Part shown: one piece after another, positions 1 to 13,555 of the stretch
Layout: each line of letters begins with the position of its first letter
Numbering within the stretch: the stretch's first letter is position 1
Source of the DNA: Phoronis australis
Lineage: Eukaryota; Animalia; Phoronida
Length of the DNA stretch: 63,837 bases
Assembly (NCBI GenBank): GCA_002633005.1
Contig: NMRA01000763.1
Coordinates: 1-63,837, forward strand
Direction: 5' to 3'
Position numbers and translations under genes: made by a program
The notes under the pieces: generated by a model
Told to the model about the DNA's origin: nothing
Database searches by the model: none
The model's input: the letters and a program-made list of their open reading frames with translations, nothing else

Positions 1-880
1 GGCATCACACTCCATGCGAGCAGCCATACTGAAGCTATAAGCACAAAAATGCAATGTGGATCTCTGATTTGTCAATTTAATAGAAAAGCGCCACCTTGTG
101 GCAGGAATGTGCACAATATTTCTTGCAACAAAGCACCTTTTTTTCAGAAAAATGTGCAAGTGTAGACGTGGGAACTTTTTGGAATTTGATTTATAGGTAT
201 ATTATCTAGCCACATAGAAAAAACTAGGTTACCTCCCAAAGTGCTCACAAAGATGAACGCTATGAGATCTGGCCCACCGACTATTTCTGCCGTTTGGTTT
301 GTCGGTCGATCATAAGACTTTCACACCGCACTAGTTTTTGGGAGCTCCCTAGATGCTATGTAGTTAAGCTAGGTATGAGGATTTACTTCTAGACTCCCTT
401 GCTACCCTATAGTGGTGCCATCACGCGTATCCAATACCGATGAATAATATAAAACCGGCTGTAACCGTCTGCACGATCCTGTTATCTACGCACTCGGGCG
501 AAGCTGGCCGGGTACTGCCTGGTGATTTCAGGAAGATCTTTGAATCAGAAGCAAATTCACAGTTTATTACTAACTTAGCTATCATTGTACTTAGTAGTAC
601 CAGTACCTGCAACAATTTTGTTGTTGTTGTTGTCCATCTATATTCTATCTTTAACGGATGGTCTGGGCTGGACCTTCACACGGGGGCTGACCAAAGCCCC
701 TGTACCCCACCCACGTGGCTACGGACTGGTGAAACGTTCCACTTCAAGTGAAGTGTTATACAGTAACATGCATGTAAGTTTGGTTTTTATTCGCTGCTTT
801 AACTTGCTATTTCTAAGGAAATCAAGCCAACTATTTAAGCAAACAGTTGTTGAAACCGCCACTATAAAACGTTTTGTCAC
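1..880 (+). repeat. Segmental duplicate, copy 1 (matches 11712-12589); runs off the window start
   Basis: Direct match to 11712-12589 with roughly 20-25 substitutions or small indels (about 97% by eye). It includes an Academ-like terminus ending TCTGGCCCACCGACTA at 283 plus about 600 bp of the same flank. Confidence 0.95.
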
Positions 881-1482
881 AAGCTTTGTATGGTATTGGG
901 CCACTAATAAGCCAGTAACCTGTATAAGGCCGGGCCGGTATTGACCCTGTACTTGGCTAGCTTACTCCCAGTACTGGCCCAGTACATGACATGATGTAAT
1001 CATGGGTCAGTACTAGGCCTATACCGGAGCGGTAACGGGCCGGCTGCAACAGCTTTTTACGATATTGGGCCATTAATAAGCCAATACCGTATGCAGTGCT
1101 GGGCCAGCGTTGGTCCAGTAGTGGGCCAGCTTAATACTCCCAGTTGTGCCCCAGTAAAGTTCACGAAGTGGTTCTTTACTAGTAGGGCTGGGCCAGTACT
1201 GGCATAGCAATGAGCCGTGACATTTTGAGTGCTCATCGGATCACCCACTTTTATTCTGCCCAACGGTTCTGTAGCAAGTGCTGGTTCTTGGGCAGATTCT
1301 ATTCCCATTAGTTACTTATGTGCTGTTACATCAGTTGCAGTGTATCATAATCTCATTAACGCTGTTATTTGGTATTAAAATGTCTTCACTTTTTGTACGA
1401 TGTTTGTTGTGAATAATGAAAAAGTTCGGGCAATGAACAATGAAAACTCCCAGTAAACAAGACGGTATTGGCCCAGTACTGG
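881..1482. repeat. Degenerate non-autonomous repeat rich in GGCCCAGTACTGG-type palindromic motifs
   Basis: Many CCAGTACTGG/GGCCCAGTA variants in 890-1205, and CCCAGTAAACAAGACGGTATTGGCCCAGTACTGG at about 1450. No coding potential. Confidence 0.5.
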
Positions 1483-1814
1483 ATATTTGTACATGTAGCT
1501 CCTACCGCGTGTACCGCATACCGCTTTACATTAGTGAGTCACTAATGGTCCAATCCATTCAACCAGATGTATTACAGCGTAATTTTACTTTTTTTAAAGA
1601 AAACTTTCCACCAGATGACTCTCACAGCCATTTTGAAATTTCCGTTGAAGAACACTTGAGTTGTTTAGAGATTTTCTACAGTTTGAAACCAGCGTGTGTA
1701 ACAGAATAATGAAGGATTTTCACAGTGAACTTCAGATTTCTGGTAAGTTTCATATTTGTTTACTTTGAATGAAGTGCCAGTGTATGTAAAAGCCAACAAA
1801 ACCTGATTTATACC

Positions 1815-2640
1815 ACAGACGTTCTCAGCTTCTGATGGTCTCCCATACAAATTACAATATACACTACTACAAGATACATGTATGACACGGGATTAGGAAT
1901 TCCACGGGTGCTTCACTTCACCGCCTATACCAAACACAAACCTCAACAAATGTACACAAAACAGGTCCAACAAACCATGAGTAATTGTTATTTCTTCTGA
2001 TAGCATTCACGGTGCCCAGCTCCAGCGTGTTTGCAACAAATTCGCGATCAAAGCACAAAAATCTCCCCAAAAGCCAACGCGTGCTGTCACTGTGTCGCAT
2101 GAAAATTGCAGATTCGTGGTCGCGGAAGTTCATGACATTAGTTATTCCACACATATCCAGACCATTACGAAACCCTCCGTGATAAATCGGCAATTGTCTT
2201 TCTTCCGTAAGTCATCGGATAGCTCGTATCGACTCTCGTGTGACTCATTGAAAGTACTGACGCATCTGCTTTTTGGACAGAATTTTGTGCTTCGACCGCT
2301 GTCCAGAGCAGGACACTGTAAATGCTATCAGAAGAAAGAACAATTGCTCATGGTTAGCTGAATCCCTGTTTTGTGTAAATTTATTGAGTTTTTTTATTTG
2401 ATATGGACACCTGTATTGAACTAGTGAAGCACACATGAAAGATTTAGTCCTGAGTTCATTGGGTACGATCAGAAGCTGAGGACGTCTGTCAGTTGTATCC
2501 CAGGCGTCCCCAGCCTCTGAGTCTGATCGTCCCAAGTACACTATAATACTAAAAGGTCTGACACTCCGTTTTGGGAAGATTTTAAAATTTGTGTAAAGTG
2601 AAGCACGCATGGAATTCCTAGATCCGAGTGTCATGCCTTG
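1815..2640. mobile_element. Foldback/MITE-like element with long inverted arms; a related copy lies at about 49393-49680
   Basis: About 1880-2085 is the imperfect reverse complement of about 2260-2460. TATGACACGGGATTAGGAATTCCACGGGTGCTTC recurs inverted at about 2600-2637 and direct at about 49449. Confidence 0.7.
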
Positions 2641-4251
2641 TATAAGTTAACCATGTAAGAAACATAAAAGTTGGGCACTAAAACTTTGTCTAGCCTAGGC
2701 TCCCAGCTTCAACTGTTCTAAATCCAAGCAAAATCTGTGTACAACTCCCTCAGACTGGTATTACATAAACAGGGATATTTCTGACCACATTTGAACCTGT
2801 GCCCTTTGAGTGCCCCTGATGACGAAAGTATGTGTTTTCAAAAAGATGGTTCTGGCAGACTTGGTGTAATTCAGCGGTAACATATGAAAGAGAAACCTCA
2901 AGGGCATTGAAAATTAGAACACAGTGATGGTCATGTAAAAGTTTTAAACACGAATGGTAATTTACGATCAAATATCGGAAAGTGTTAACGGCCTATTCAC
3001 TCATTTTAATGAAATCTGCAACCTATACATTACCCGTAATCTGTACGGCTGTAAGTTACTAGATCCTTGCATTTTTGGAAGAGTTCGTTTTAAAAGATGC
3101 GTCTGGAGGTGGAATTACATGTACTGTAATGTACTTTTTCCCTTTTGTATGTACTAATAGCACAAATGTTCATCCAAGAATATCCCTGCATAAACATCAG
3201 AAGTCTTCTTTCCTTTATCCCATTGAATTGTCCAAGTTGTGATGGTGAACTGGTTATTGAATTTCTAAAAACAAACACAAAACTCTGAATTGAAGGAAGC
3301 TAAATAGTTAACATGGCGTATTTCACTTGTGCTTTTGCTTGTACGCCTGTCGTTTGTGCAAGCGACCCCAGTGTCAAAATCAAGAAATTGGTCTGCAATT
3401 TAGAGTTCCATTTACATCTACGTGTAATTGTTCGTTTGGAGTTTTCATCAAACACGTGTCACCACAAAAGCTCTGTGGCTTTAGTTAGTCTTTCTAAAGA
3501 CGTTTCAGAACATCCGAGGTGCTGTAAAGTACCGCATTAATCAAGACCAGTGACACAGTATGAGCTCATACTAGCGGAGATACATGTAGGTAAATTTCTG
3601 ACCGAGCAGGACCTACCTTGGAGTCAAATCATAGTGTATCCAATGTTCACGAAAGACAATCTAGTCCTCAGTTTTCACCCTAGCAGAAAGTGCCTCTACC
3701 CTGAACACCCAAGACTTTCCCGCAGAAGAAAATCTGAACGAGGTAATGAATCGAACATTTCACGGCGGATATTGCCTCAGGTTGGACAGGCCGAAATGGG
3801 ACCTTCGATTCAAGAGCCATAAGTTCAAGTGTCACAGTTGGAGTTAAATGTACCAACTATGCTTTCCAAGTGATCGCCATATACATACGTGTATTTTATC
3901 GAAGCCAATCGTACATGTAGTTTGTAGTTGAGGTGAAATGACAGTAGTCAACCCAGAGGCGTAGTACGCACATCTTTTCCCCCGTTGACACCTCACTTAA
4001 GTGGCGCCCGCCCCGAACCCCTGTTGGTATCTGTGTAACCATCCAGTTAAAAAATGTCTGATACATCAATTAGACGACACCTGCTCAACTCTTCCCCCCA
4101 CCCCCTGAGCAAGCGCCCAGCAACATCTGATCCCGTTGCCATGGCAGAATCAAACACTTGGTATGTTTGCTATGAATTCCAGACCGCTGTGTTGAACTGT
4201 GTTTACCTAATGTCTGGCATCAAATGAGTATTTTTAAAATGTTATCGCATG

Positions 4252-5859
4252 ATTTTTTACTTGGCGGAATTCTTAGAATTCCGACAAGTATGTTGCTCTG
4301 TCGTCAAGTTTTTTTTTTGTTCGCACTGTACAGGTGGCAATTTTCGTCCCATTCTCAAGAAATTTGCACACGACGTGTAAATCGGAAAGTCCTGGAAGCC
4401 TTTTTTTTTGCTCATGATCGAATTCAAAATAGCGGACGTGGCGGCTATTTTGTTTCCGATTTCAGAGTCAAATGCTCATAGAGGCCGCGTTTTTCAACGT
4501 ACAGAGCTGAAACGAGGTAAAATTATTATAGAATACATGTGCTACAACTGTGCCAAAAATGGCTGACTTCCGGTCAAAGATGGCGGAACTATTGGAAGTG
4601 GCGCATGCACACCTCGATATCTGGCCGTTTAACCGGAAGTCTCTTTCAAGATGGCGGCTCTGGCGCATTTTCACTCGTTTTCAATCGTTCTGCTGTCGCA
4701 TTTTTAACGGGAAGAGCAAATGACGTGAACTTTTGCATGTGGATTCCTTAAAGTATGCTCTTTCAAAAGTTCTGTGATAACTTTTTTCTCAGACTTACCG
4801 TTTTCGAGTTATTTGACTTTGAATTTCAAAAAAACGCAAAATTTCATTTTTTTTTCGAAAAATTGATGGAATGTTGCGAAACTGTCAATCTAGATAGAGT
4901 TTTGGGTGGGCTTTCAGAAGATATTTCCCATTTTCCGCTACAACGTCTACTTATTGAATTACTTGAGATTTTCTGATAACGCTGTTCCTTTGTTGACAGC
5001 TCTTGCTGCACTGATGTTGGTTAAGCTTGTGTTGAACAAGACCAAGAAGGCATTGCTCACAGAGGCCGCATTTTTCCACGTGCAGGGCTGAAAATAAGTA
5101 CGATTATTATGAAGTACAAGCAATATAACTGCGCATTAAATCTTTAACTTCTGGTCAAAGATGGCGGAAATATCGGCAATGGCGCATGCGCACCTCGATA
5201 ACTGGCCGAAAATGTTTTTTTCATGTAGAGGGCGCATTGGCGAACCAATCATTTTCAAACTGGTCATGTGTTTGTTGCTGTTGATTAGCTTTTATAAAAT
5301 TTTGTTTAACCGGAAGTCACTTTCAAGATGGCGGTTCTGGCGCATTTTCCCCGTTTTCAATCGTTCTACCGTCGCATTTTTAACGAGAAGAGCAAATGAC
5401 GTGAATTTTTACTTGGGGACTCCTTGAAGTATGTTCTTTCAAAAGTTTTGGGATAACGTTTTTCTCAGTCTTACCGTTTTCGAGTTATTTGACTTTGAAT
5501 TTCAAAAAAACGCGAAATTTCAATTTTTTCGAAGAAATTATGGAATGTTGCGAAACTATCAATTCAGAAAAAAATTTCAATTTTTCGCTACTTTTCAAAT
5601 TATTTGAGATTTTCTGACAGTGCTGTTCCTTTGCTGAGCGCTCTTACTGCATTGATGTTGGTTTAGTTTATTTGAACAAGACTGTAGCTAATTTCTTACT
5701 AATTTAGGACATCTAAGTTCGTCGTATGAAGGTTATGATGTTGTTCATCATCGCCACCTTCATCATCACAATCATCATAGTCGTTAATTTTGCCTATTGT
5801 CGCTCAAGACTGTAGGTAGCACTAAACAGTCAGGCAGCGGCCACGGAGCATTTTCTAGT
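4252..5859 (+). mobile_element. Non-autonomous Helitron/Helentron-like element with two internal ~580-bp tandem units
   Basis: 5' T-run followed by the palindrome CTTGGCGGAATTCttaGAATTCCGACAAG (4260-4288). Units at about 4480-5050 and 5060-5690 are similar. The 3' end is GC-rich and ends in CTAG-T (5855-5859). The family assignment is inference. Confidence 0.5.
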
Positions 5860-6719
5860 CCCTAGAATTTATGTTGAGGGCAGACGATCTTCAATTCGAC
5901 AGTGTGACTCCATTAGATTGTAAAACATCGAGAAACCGTCAACAAAATTAAAACATCGACAAATTTTTTCCTCACCAATTTACAGCTATAACATTTGCGA
6001 ATTTTAACCATTCAGATAAAAAGTCCTTCCAAAGCCTACTGCGGAATAGAATAAAATTCGATCTTATCTTAGACTGATTTTTGCCTAAATTTTGTTCTCT
6101 AGCATAGTTTGACACCATCACGCACAAAAACAGGCCGCACGGTGCAAGTTTGATGTCTAAAAACACTGACGTCAGCTGGGCAAAATTATTTTCTGTACAG
6201 CACAAGTATAGCATCGCAAGTGACACAATGAACGCCTATTGGGCTTGAGATTTTCATATTTATTATGAAACAGGTCACCCCGATCATGGTCGTTATAATA
6301 AATGTGCATATTGTGAGGTGTTCCCATTTCCTCATCTTTTCAGAAAGAAAATATATTCCTGGTGAATAAATATACTTCTGCCAGATTTGACAGTCAAGAA
6401 TACAGTACACGGCCAAGTTGTTGCCTTGAACTTTCTTTACTAACAACATTCAATGTTTGTTACGCTAATTTTGTCCATTCGCATGACACTGGCTCCGTAG
6501 CCAGCCAGCACTGCTTGGGGGGTTCGAATTTCTAGAAAGGTGGTTGCAAGCGTCGACACAGTAGGGTTTTCGGTAAGGTCCTTGACACCGTTTAATTGGA
6601 GGGAAGGGTTAATATGTACACAAAACTACATTGTATAATGCAATGGTAACGGGAAAATGCCTAAATAATGTCGCTCTCGGTCGATATGTGCGTGATTACC
6701 CAGGCGACCGGCAGTGGTG

Positions 6720-8038
6720 CTGCGTGGTCGTGTGCTCGCTGTGCGCACTAGAACAAGCCATCACAACCTTGTGAGGTCTGATGTTACTCTGAAATGCTGT
6801 AGGTGGTTCCTTTGATCTCGGAAGACTCTCAATTGGCTGATTTAATCATATATGTTCTAATCAAAGCATATAACCGCACATTGCTTGTCGTCATTAAAAG
6901 AGTACAATAAAAAAGTTAATCAATGCCTTTTAGGTCATTTGGTTTCAGTCAGCCCCGCAATGGGGATGTTAATTTTGTCCCCAATTTCTCATTGTCCGTC
7001 AACAATGCTAAGTATAGCAAGTCGATATTCACATTCCAAATGGTGGTGCACCTTGCCTTGGGGAGCTGTTAAACATTCCTCGCAAGAGGTGTTTAATGAC
7101 CGAATGATGGCCTACTGGCATACCTTCAACTGGCGGCAAGGAAGACCTGCAGTTACAGTGTATTCATAGTACCAGACTCGAGTCCTCTGTGGACCGGGAC
7201 TGCAAAAAGTCTGCTACGTTTGACAAACCGGTTTAAATGGGATCAACCACCGTTTCACGACACTAACAAATCCATTTCAAAGCTTTCAGGTCCCTGCGCA
7301 AGCGTCTTGTGTGCCTTCTCGACGAGATTTACACAGCAAGGTTTCAACACTTCCTGAAAACTCGTTTGTTGGCTGATGACCTTATCACTGTCCAAGCTGC
7401 TAGAATAAGATTGCTGGCTAGTATTAGCGGATGGGTGCCCCCTTGGGGGGACGTCAGTTATCGTGAAGCAGGTGGCAACAGCATTGACAAACCGATGCTT
7501 ATGCTCAGGAGCATGGGGTATCATGGTTGATCTGGCCACACCGGAGAGGCTTGTTTCAGCGAGGTCTCCTACTTGCGTACTTTAATTTGGCTAAACACCG
7601 GCTTATGAGACAAAACGGCTAGAAAGCATATGCATTCATGCTGTTCCAGTTCAATGTTATTGCCAGTGGGTTCGGCTTCCAGCTGACAAACTTCGTAGTT
7701 TGTGATGTCAATCTGTCCACGAAGAGATCCACCGCAAAAGGGTCGTCTATTTTGTCTAGCTGGTTGAATACATAGCGGGCAGGCTTTCAATTGCTCTTGT
7801 CTGTGAACACTCTGGATCCGTTGTCTGCCATGACATTCTGCACACCCGGTAGCTGTTCAGCAATAATTACGATCGTGCGTGAAAGACCGTAGTCCCACAG
7901 GTCCCGTGTCACATGACGCGGAGTACGGGATCTCGGACTTCGCATTTTGTTTATTTGCGCCACTGCCGCCATGTTGTCGCCTCTCAAGTGCACATGGTGA
8001 ATCACTAAAATACTCATAATTCTCTCTTTGTCAAACAA
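6720..8038 (-). mobile_element. Decayed DIRS1-like tyrosine-recombinase retrotransposon (RNase H, methyltransferase-like and YR fragments)
   Basis: Minus-strand translations: RNase H (HLRGDNMAAVAQINKM...EQLPGVQNVMADNGSR); MT-like (NAYAF*PFCLISRCLAKL and SPVWPDQP*YPMLL); YR N-terminal part (PVGHHSVIKHLLRGMFN, TTIWNVNI, IRPHKVV). The order is as in DIRS1. Stops and frameshifts are present. Confidence 0.85.
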
Positions 8039-8674
8039 TAATATTAAGACGATTTGCTAAGCAAGCGCGTGATTAATGCCAACACGAAAAACGGGCAACT
8101 TAAGACTGTTTTAAACACAACAACTTTTGTTGCCAACTGGTTGTGCAAAATATAAAGCGTGCTTTGCGCGCTTGTTTACGAGATAAAATTTTGGACCTTA
8201 GATCCGTCACTGGAACTCAAGCACTTTGTTTGGATTCCGTGCGTAGGCAAAATTGCCCGCATGCCTTACGAATACCGAAATGAGTACGTACTCATGAAGA
8301 AGGAATATTGATGAATTATCAACCACGATACATTCATCAAATCCGTTTGGATTTCGTTTGCATGCAAAATGTCTTCATGACGTACAAATACGAGAAAATG
8401 TGTGCGTACAGGTGTATTTGCATTACTAAAATAGTATGAAGCTACGGTGGCAAGAATATAGATGAATTATCAACCACGATTCATTCACCAAAGCATGTCA
8501 TGATTGCTTCATTTCACAGCACAACTGACAAATGTAGGGTGTCTACGCCTCACCCAGCGGAGCCACGCGCAAGGCCGGGTCGAAACTAAAAGTAGATAGT
8601 AGTCTAACCTGTCCCCGTCAGTCTTCATGAAGTCACAGAGTCTAAATGATTCTATTTTTTGACTAAACCTAGAA

Positions 8675-8716
8675 TACACACACACACACACACACACACA
8701 CANCACACATATATAT
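8675..8716. repeat. (CA)n microsatellite containing an ambiguous base, followed by a short (AT)n
   Basis: Seen directly; n at 8703. Confidence 0.95.
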
Positions 8717-8892
8717 AGGTAAATAAAACAACAACAATGGATCAACTGTAATTTTTGGATATAATAACATCCTTTGTCAACAGAAACGGAAACGAGATAT
8801 GACAAATGACGTCTGATATTTGGCGTAATGAACACGATAGTAATGAATGAATATGCTAGCAAGTATACCAAAATAGAAGATTAACCTATTTT

Positions 8893-11800
8893 TAGGCGGT
8901 GGGCCAGAATTTGTAGGACTTCTAGAAAATGGTTTTTGTGAGTACTTAAGGGGGACAATTTTATTTTAGTGTTTTTTAATTCATTTACTAGAGTCTTTTC
9001 AAAATCCAAAAAGTTCCCACATATATAGTTGCACATTTTTGAGAAATTTGAGTTTGAAGTTGCATAATAACCAGCATAGAGCTTAGAGAACTTATTTTAG
9101 AAAAAAGAGGTTTTGGCGATCTTTTTTGTAAAATAAGTAATATGGTCCCATCGATGTCATTGTATTGAACAATTATACTCTCACATTACATGTTTTTCCA
9201 ACAGTGAAATTTAAAAAATATAAAGTGACACCTAGTGGCAGAAATGCAAACTAAGTCTGAATGTTACTTGGAGGTTATTCTGGCATTGTCAGGCAACAAA
9301 AATAACACAAAACACTTGAGACTGGGCACAATTTGTGTCTCAGTGACTGAACCATTGATTAATGAAGTAAAATATAGATTTTTTTTGCATAATACACCAG
9401 AAATACGTTATAGTACAAAAACAGTATAGTTGAATGATCTCTGTGAATATGCCCACAGACTGTATTAAAATAATAGATTATTCTGACAGCGTTTATCAAG
9501 CAGTATGAGACAAATACATGACAATGATCAAAGTATGTAATTTTTATGACTTAATCAATAAATAATATTACTTTTTAATACAAAAAACACGAAATAATTA
9601 GGTTGGAGGTCTATTTACGGTTGACTTGTCAAAGAGCTATTCAAATGTCATGCAGTCGGTGTTGCTGATGTTACTAAAGTTGTCGCAGCTGGACGTTTCT
9701 AAAGAGTTTGGCCCAGCATTGCAGCACAATTTCATTTTCCCAGCACAAATGTTCTTTTGCACTTGCAGCGTTCATCGTTTAGTACTGTCAATGGAGCTGC
9801 AGGCATTACCATACATTTTAACTGCAAAGCTTCACCGCCAATGAGCCAACTATGGTTGATTAGAGAGGGCACAGCACTGCACACTGGTGATTGGCCCGCA
9901 TGCAATGAAGGGTCAAACACCGAGTCCTTGTTTGGACGCGGGCAGGATTTGGGCAAACCTTTTATTCAAAATATATTATATTGGGCTGTGTTAATTAGAG
10001 TCAGCAAGTGAATTATTGAACACTAAGTCTCAATTCACTTTCATATCTCTTTTTGGGCACAAACTAAAACAGTGATGAGTAGCTTCAACAGTCATTTCTT
10101 CAGATTGCGTGTCCAAATAACTTCATGCACACCAGCTTTCTGAAGAACAGCTTCAAAGTCTTACTTTAGTTTTGAAAGGCGAGTGACATCTCCATGTGTT
10201 AGAAGCTTTGATTCAATGAACTCCATACAAAACTGTAGGAAAACCTCTCTGAAAACTGTGGATTCGTGACTCTTCACAATCTTTGTCTTTCTATTTTTAC
10301 AGCATGATGATCTGTGGTACTTGGCTTCTAAGACACAAGCTCTTTATCTTTGAATTTCATTTGCATATTCAGGGCTGTGGACTGAGCTGTTGCTTACGAT
10401 ACAAGTCCAACTGAAAAAACCTGAATTATTAACACTAATTTAGTATCCAACTATGAGTGAGTTGGCATGCAAATTTTTCAGACGGACTTATAAGGAACTG
10501 ATCCACCACCAGCCTAACTAATTTACATGCCGTCTGATGTGTCACCTAAAAATGTTGATCGTCAAATAATTAGATTAGTTGATGTAACTGAAAATAAACC
10601 AGCTGATATACCAGTGCAGTGATTGAAATTTATTTTTTTTTAAATCAGATACTCATACAATAGTCAATCGACTTATACCTAAGGTAACCATCTTTTGACG
10701 AAATGGACAGTGGCTTCCACTGTCCTCAAATTACGACGGGGATGTTGGCCACTTAGGCACTTTAATTTAATTACCATTGCAGCTACCTAAGTAATTAATG
10801 TTTACAAAAAATGAGAAGAGGTTCCCCCTATCGCAGGATTACGGCAGGGGATGACAGCCACTTGGGCATGTTGATTGCAACCATCTACTCCATTTAACAT
10901 TCTCAAAAATTTTTGACTTAAAGTGCTTAAAATTACACCCACAGTATATCGCCATATGATGATACCCTGGCGCAAGCAGTGTCGATGTGGCAACTGAACA
11001 AGGGAGTGTTCGAAAAACAGGATTGCAGGAGCATTTGTTTAAACTGGGAACAAATGAAAACATTAACGGCCTCTCTACGCGGTACTTCTGAACTTATAGC
11101 AACATGACCTATGGTTTAGCCAGTGCGATGCATAATTTGCCGAAAAGCATCCGGCATATGGAGTACCTATGGTATGAACACCGTCTTAACTGGGTCAGCG
11201 GTATTGTCTAAGACCTAGTCAACCAAGGGCCTGAACAAGTTAAGAAAACTACTGGTGATTATACTGAAACACACGGAAAACGCCAAGATGTACATTTCAA
11301 AAACACGTACCTGTTTATTAAAGCTATAAAGTCGTTACTTCTTTCGCTTTCTTGAAATGTGGTCCATAATATGCTTTTCCTGCTAACAAATGATGCACTC
11401 ATGTTTCAGAATGTTCCTATCTTGTTCAGCTTTAGTACTACTGCTGGTGTGTTGTAATGTAGCAATGCCTTTCTATGTCCCTTCAATTTTTGGTCTGGCA
11501 CTTGGTCTTCTACAGCAGTGTACTGTCTGTATAGGCTATAGCAGGACATGCAGCTGTTTTCTGTACAAATGATTGTGACACCTCTTCTTCTTTTTGATCT
11601 ACTGATCTACAGAGTTTCACAGTCCATCAGCTTTCATCGGGATGCTTCTCTAAGCTTCTTCGGGTTCTGGTATCACAATTGTGTGGAGTTTGATAAACCT
11701 TGAATTATACAGGCATCACACTCCATGCGAGCAGCCATACTGAAGCTATAAGCACAAAAATGCAATGTGGATCTCTGATTTGTCAATATAATAGAAAAGC

Positions 11801-11994
11801 GCCACCTTGTGGCAGGAATGTGCACAATATTTCTTGCAACAAAGCACCTTTTTTTCAAAAAAATGTGCAAGTGTAGACGTGGGAACTTTTTGGAATTTGA
11901 TTTATAGGTATATTATCTAGCCACATAGAAAAAACTAGGTTACCTCCCAAAGTGCTCACAAAGATGAACGCTATGAGATCTGGCCCACCGACTA
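8893..11994 (-). mobile_element. Defective Academ-like DNA transposon
   Basis: Termini TAGGCGGTGGGCCAGA...TCTGGCCCACCGACTA. Imperfect long inverted repeats (e.g. ~8999-9046 versus the reverse complement of ~11854-11900). TTT on both flanks is a possible 3-bp TSD. Minus-strand remnant KDKELVS/LEAKYHRSSC near 10305-10355 resembles the Academ transposase DLxAxEAKYHxxC motif. Confidence 0.75.
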
Positions 11995-12589
11995 TTTCTG
12001 GCGTTTGGTTTGTCGGTCGATCATAAGACTTTCACACCGCACTACATTTGGGAGCTCCCTAGATGCTATGTAGTTAAGCTAGGTATGAGTATTTACTTCT
12101 AGAGTCCCTTGCTACCCTATAGTGGTGCCATCACGCGTATCCAATACCGATGAATAATATAAAACCGGCTGTAACCGTCTGCACGATCCTGTTATCTACG
12201 CACTAGGGCGAAGCTGGCCGGGTACTGCCTGGTGATTTTAGGAAAATCTTTGAATCAGAAGCAAATTCACAATTCATTACTAACTTTGCTATCATTGTAT
12301 TTAGTAGTACCAGTATCTGCAACATTTTTTTGTTGTTGTTGTCCATCTATATTCTATCTTTAACGGATGGTCTGGGCTGGACCTTCTCACGGGGGCTGAC
12401 CAAAGCCCCTGTACCCCACCCACGTGGCTACGGACTGGTGAAACGTTCCACTTCAAGTGAAGTGTTATACAGTAACATACATGTAAGTTTGGTTTTTATT
12501 CGCTGCTTTAACTTGCTATTTCTAAGGAAATCAAGCCAACTATTTAAGCAAACTGTTGTTGAAACCGCCACTATAAAATGTTTTGTCAC
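11712..12589 (+). repeat. Segmental duplicate, copy 2 (matches 1-880)
   Basis: Direct sequence match, about 97% by eye. Confidence 0.95.
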
Positions 12590-13555
12590 TTACATCAAAA
12601 GCGCCTCAAACAGGGCCAAAAATTCATTGTAAATGTGTGGAGAAAACATGTTTATGCGCGTATACATGTAAATGGAGACTTGACATCTCGATGACATTTC
12701 GATCCACGCAACTCTAACGTGAAAATGACCTAGGCTTACAAGTTGTTTAAGCATTACGATCCTGTTGCATGGGAGAGTGTCCCTGTGATGTTTTTGTGGG
12801 TGGATCCCTTTCACGTAGCTGCAGTTTACCAAGTCTCCAGTAATAAATCCATCAATGAGCGTACGTACAAGTGTGTATCATTAGACTTTTACTACATGTA
12901 TGTCCGAATGCCGCAGCGAGCAGAGATCGGCGTATTGTTGACTAATCTGAGTCAACTGCTACATTTGTACGCAATTGTTACGGTTAGTACAGTGCTTGTG
13001 ATGCTAGATCGTAGCATTAAACGCTGATCTTTTTCTGTCAACCGGGTTTTAATGGTGGCCAACTGATTGGCATGTATTGCGATCACACTTTCCAAGTTAA
13101 ACGGTCACGGCCACGATTGTTACGCCTATTAATCTCCGTAGGGTGTGTTCGCTAATTAACTTCCGGTGATGTGCAATAGGTAAACCGATTCGATTGCAAG
13201 TCCGATCTTCGTTATTCAATGATGACGCTGTGCGGTTTTCCAGCGCAGGTGCTGCTGTTGGGTGGAAATCGTGAGTTACGACCTTAATTAATTCGACTCA
13301 ACTGTACTTAAAATCGCTCACAACAGTGACTACTCACAGTCTAACAGTCCTGTTGGGTTGAGCTGCAAGTGGTGCTCTAGCGACCTGAGACGAGGTTTGT
13401 TTCTGAGATTGTTGATGCTTTTTAAAATTTTTGTTACTCATTTGCGAACAGCTTTAGTATACTTACTTTGGCAGTGGTGCCTCTCTGGTGATTTTTTTTT
13501 TTTTGAAAACTAAGCATAGAAATGCAGAACGTACCGAGAGTGGCGTTGATGAAGT

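Noticed and set aside
488-524. GC-rich stretch ending CTGGT, resembling a Helitron 3' end
   Set aside because: The hairpin is weak and no matching 5' end was identified.
440-944. 100-119 aa ORFs repeated at 12330-12632
   Set aside because: No recognisable motifs. The similarity simply reflects the DNA duplication, and the frames are not preserved between copies.
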